Below, in pieces: positions 63,471 through 64,000 of a DNA stretch of 64,000 bases. The number at the start of each line of letters is the position of its first letter. The first letter of the stretch is position 1. Both the position numbers and the translations under genes were made by a program. The notes below the pieces were generated by a model. It saw only the letters and a list, made by a program, of their open reading frames with translations, was not told the DNA's origin and did no database searches. Origin of the DNA: Bacteroidota bacterium (GTDB lineage: Bacteria; Bacteroidota; Bacteroidia; Bacteroidales; UBA10428); NCBI GenBank assembly GCA_023442525.1, contig JAEZZA010000017.1:127340-191339 (forward strand), written 5' to 3'.

Positions 63471-63810
63471 ACAAAGAAGTCTGTTCAGTCCGGGGGGGTG
63501 CCTGAATGCAGCAACGTTCGGCCGGTACCTCGATAATACGCTGCGACCTGTTGAAAAGGTTCACGTAGACGATCACCTGCGTCATTGTCTCATCTGTTCC
63601 GATGCCCTTGAAGGCTATAAGCGGCATCAAAGTAAGAACATGTATTTGAAAAACGACCTCGAATTTCTCACAGGTCGCATTCGTAAAAGGTATTCCTCAA
63701 ATCAGTGGAATAAGGGTCTTCCTCTTTCCATTCTGATATCACTATTTGTTTTTATAATCATACTGATGATTATATATTATATCATCAGGTACTTTTTAAT
63801 GACTCCATAA
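63457..63810 (+). CDS. ZAS-type anti-sigma factor (HxxxCxxC) with C-terminal TM
   Basis: Overlaps the sigma gene by 14 bp. HLRHCLIC matches the zinc-anti-sigma motif. C-terminal hydrophobic helix. Confidence 0.55.
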   Translation: MEPIKQRSLFSPGGCLNAATFGRYLDNTLRPVEKVHVDDHLRHCLICSDALEGYKRHQSKNMYLKNDLEFLTGRIRKRYSSNQWNKGLPLSILISLFVFIIILMIIYYIIRYFLMTP

Positions 63811-63820
63811 TTTTAACCAG

Positions 63821-64000
63821 TTGACAGGTAATATAAAAAGGATCAGGCTCTATTCAGATTATTTAAAGCAACAATTCGGGGGACGACTTCAGAAGATCAG
63901 TATCGATGCCGGCTTTACCTGTCCAAACCGCGACGGAACCCGGGGAACCGGTGGATGTACATTTTGTCTGAACTCTGCTTTTAATCCATCCTATTGCGAC
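63821..64000 (+). CDS. TIGR01212-type radical SAM protein, 5' fragment (continues past the window)
   Basis: …[39 protein letters not shown]… matches the TIGR01212 N-terminus. No in-frame ATG, so the likely start is TTG at 63821. Confidence 0.55.
   Translation, partial: MTGNIKRIRLYSDYLKQQFGGRLQKISIDAGFTCPNRDGTRGTGGCTFCLNSAFNPSYCD

Noticed and set aside
1-64000. Scan for tRNA/rRNA, CRISPR arrays, IS elements, integrases and phage genes
   Set aside because: No tRNA T-loop or acceptor patterns and no spacer-repeat arrays were seen. There are no transposase or integrase-like ORFs, and the only repeats are the short intergenic ones reported.

Overview
This ~64 kb window is a densely packed chromosomal segment that looks like it comes from a Bacteroidota genome (inference). 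The clues are a T9SS type-B C-terminal sorting domain, 2TM LytS-type kinases paired with LytTR regulators, ECF sigma/anti-sigma pairs, a PPi-type phosphofructokinase signature, and hairpin terminators that often lack U-tracts.

Almost all of it is core metabolism and housekeeping:
- dnaX, icd, secA and dapA
- a tolC-macA-macB efflux operon followed directly by a LytS/LytTR two-component system
- galT, sucA-sucB and pntAA-pntAB-pntB
- an NfeD-flotillin pair, then hldD, folE, metH-metF, an acyl-CoA synthetase and a Cys/Met PLP enzyme
- two tandem PPi-type PFK paralogs, purA, fur, relA/spoT, a T9SS cargo protein, a GH9-NodB fusion hydrolase, TonB, and two ECF sigma modules

I found no rRNA, tRNA, CRISPR array, transposase, integrase or phage genes. 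There is also no obvious defence island.

The sequence features not explained by genes are:
- a compound (CTGTAC)3(CTGTAGC)6 microsatellite in the promoter region of an ECF sigma gene
- two tandem copies of a 39-bp imperfect palindromic element downstream of pntB
- a heptamer (GCTGGAT-like) repeat directly after the flotillin stop codon
- several clean stem-loop terminators

The most system-like candidate for something undescribed is the overlapping pair at 58.7-61.9 kb. It couples a multi-pass membrane protein of unknown function to a secreted GH9 plus NodB/CE4-like fusion with a degenerate motif 1, flanked by a T9SS cargo gene and a TonB-ECF sigma/ZAS anti-sigma module. Next is the possible peptide-sensing efflux module (tolC-macAB plus LytS/LytTR).

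All functional calls are made by eye from motifs. None were database-searched.
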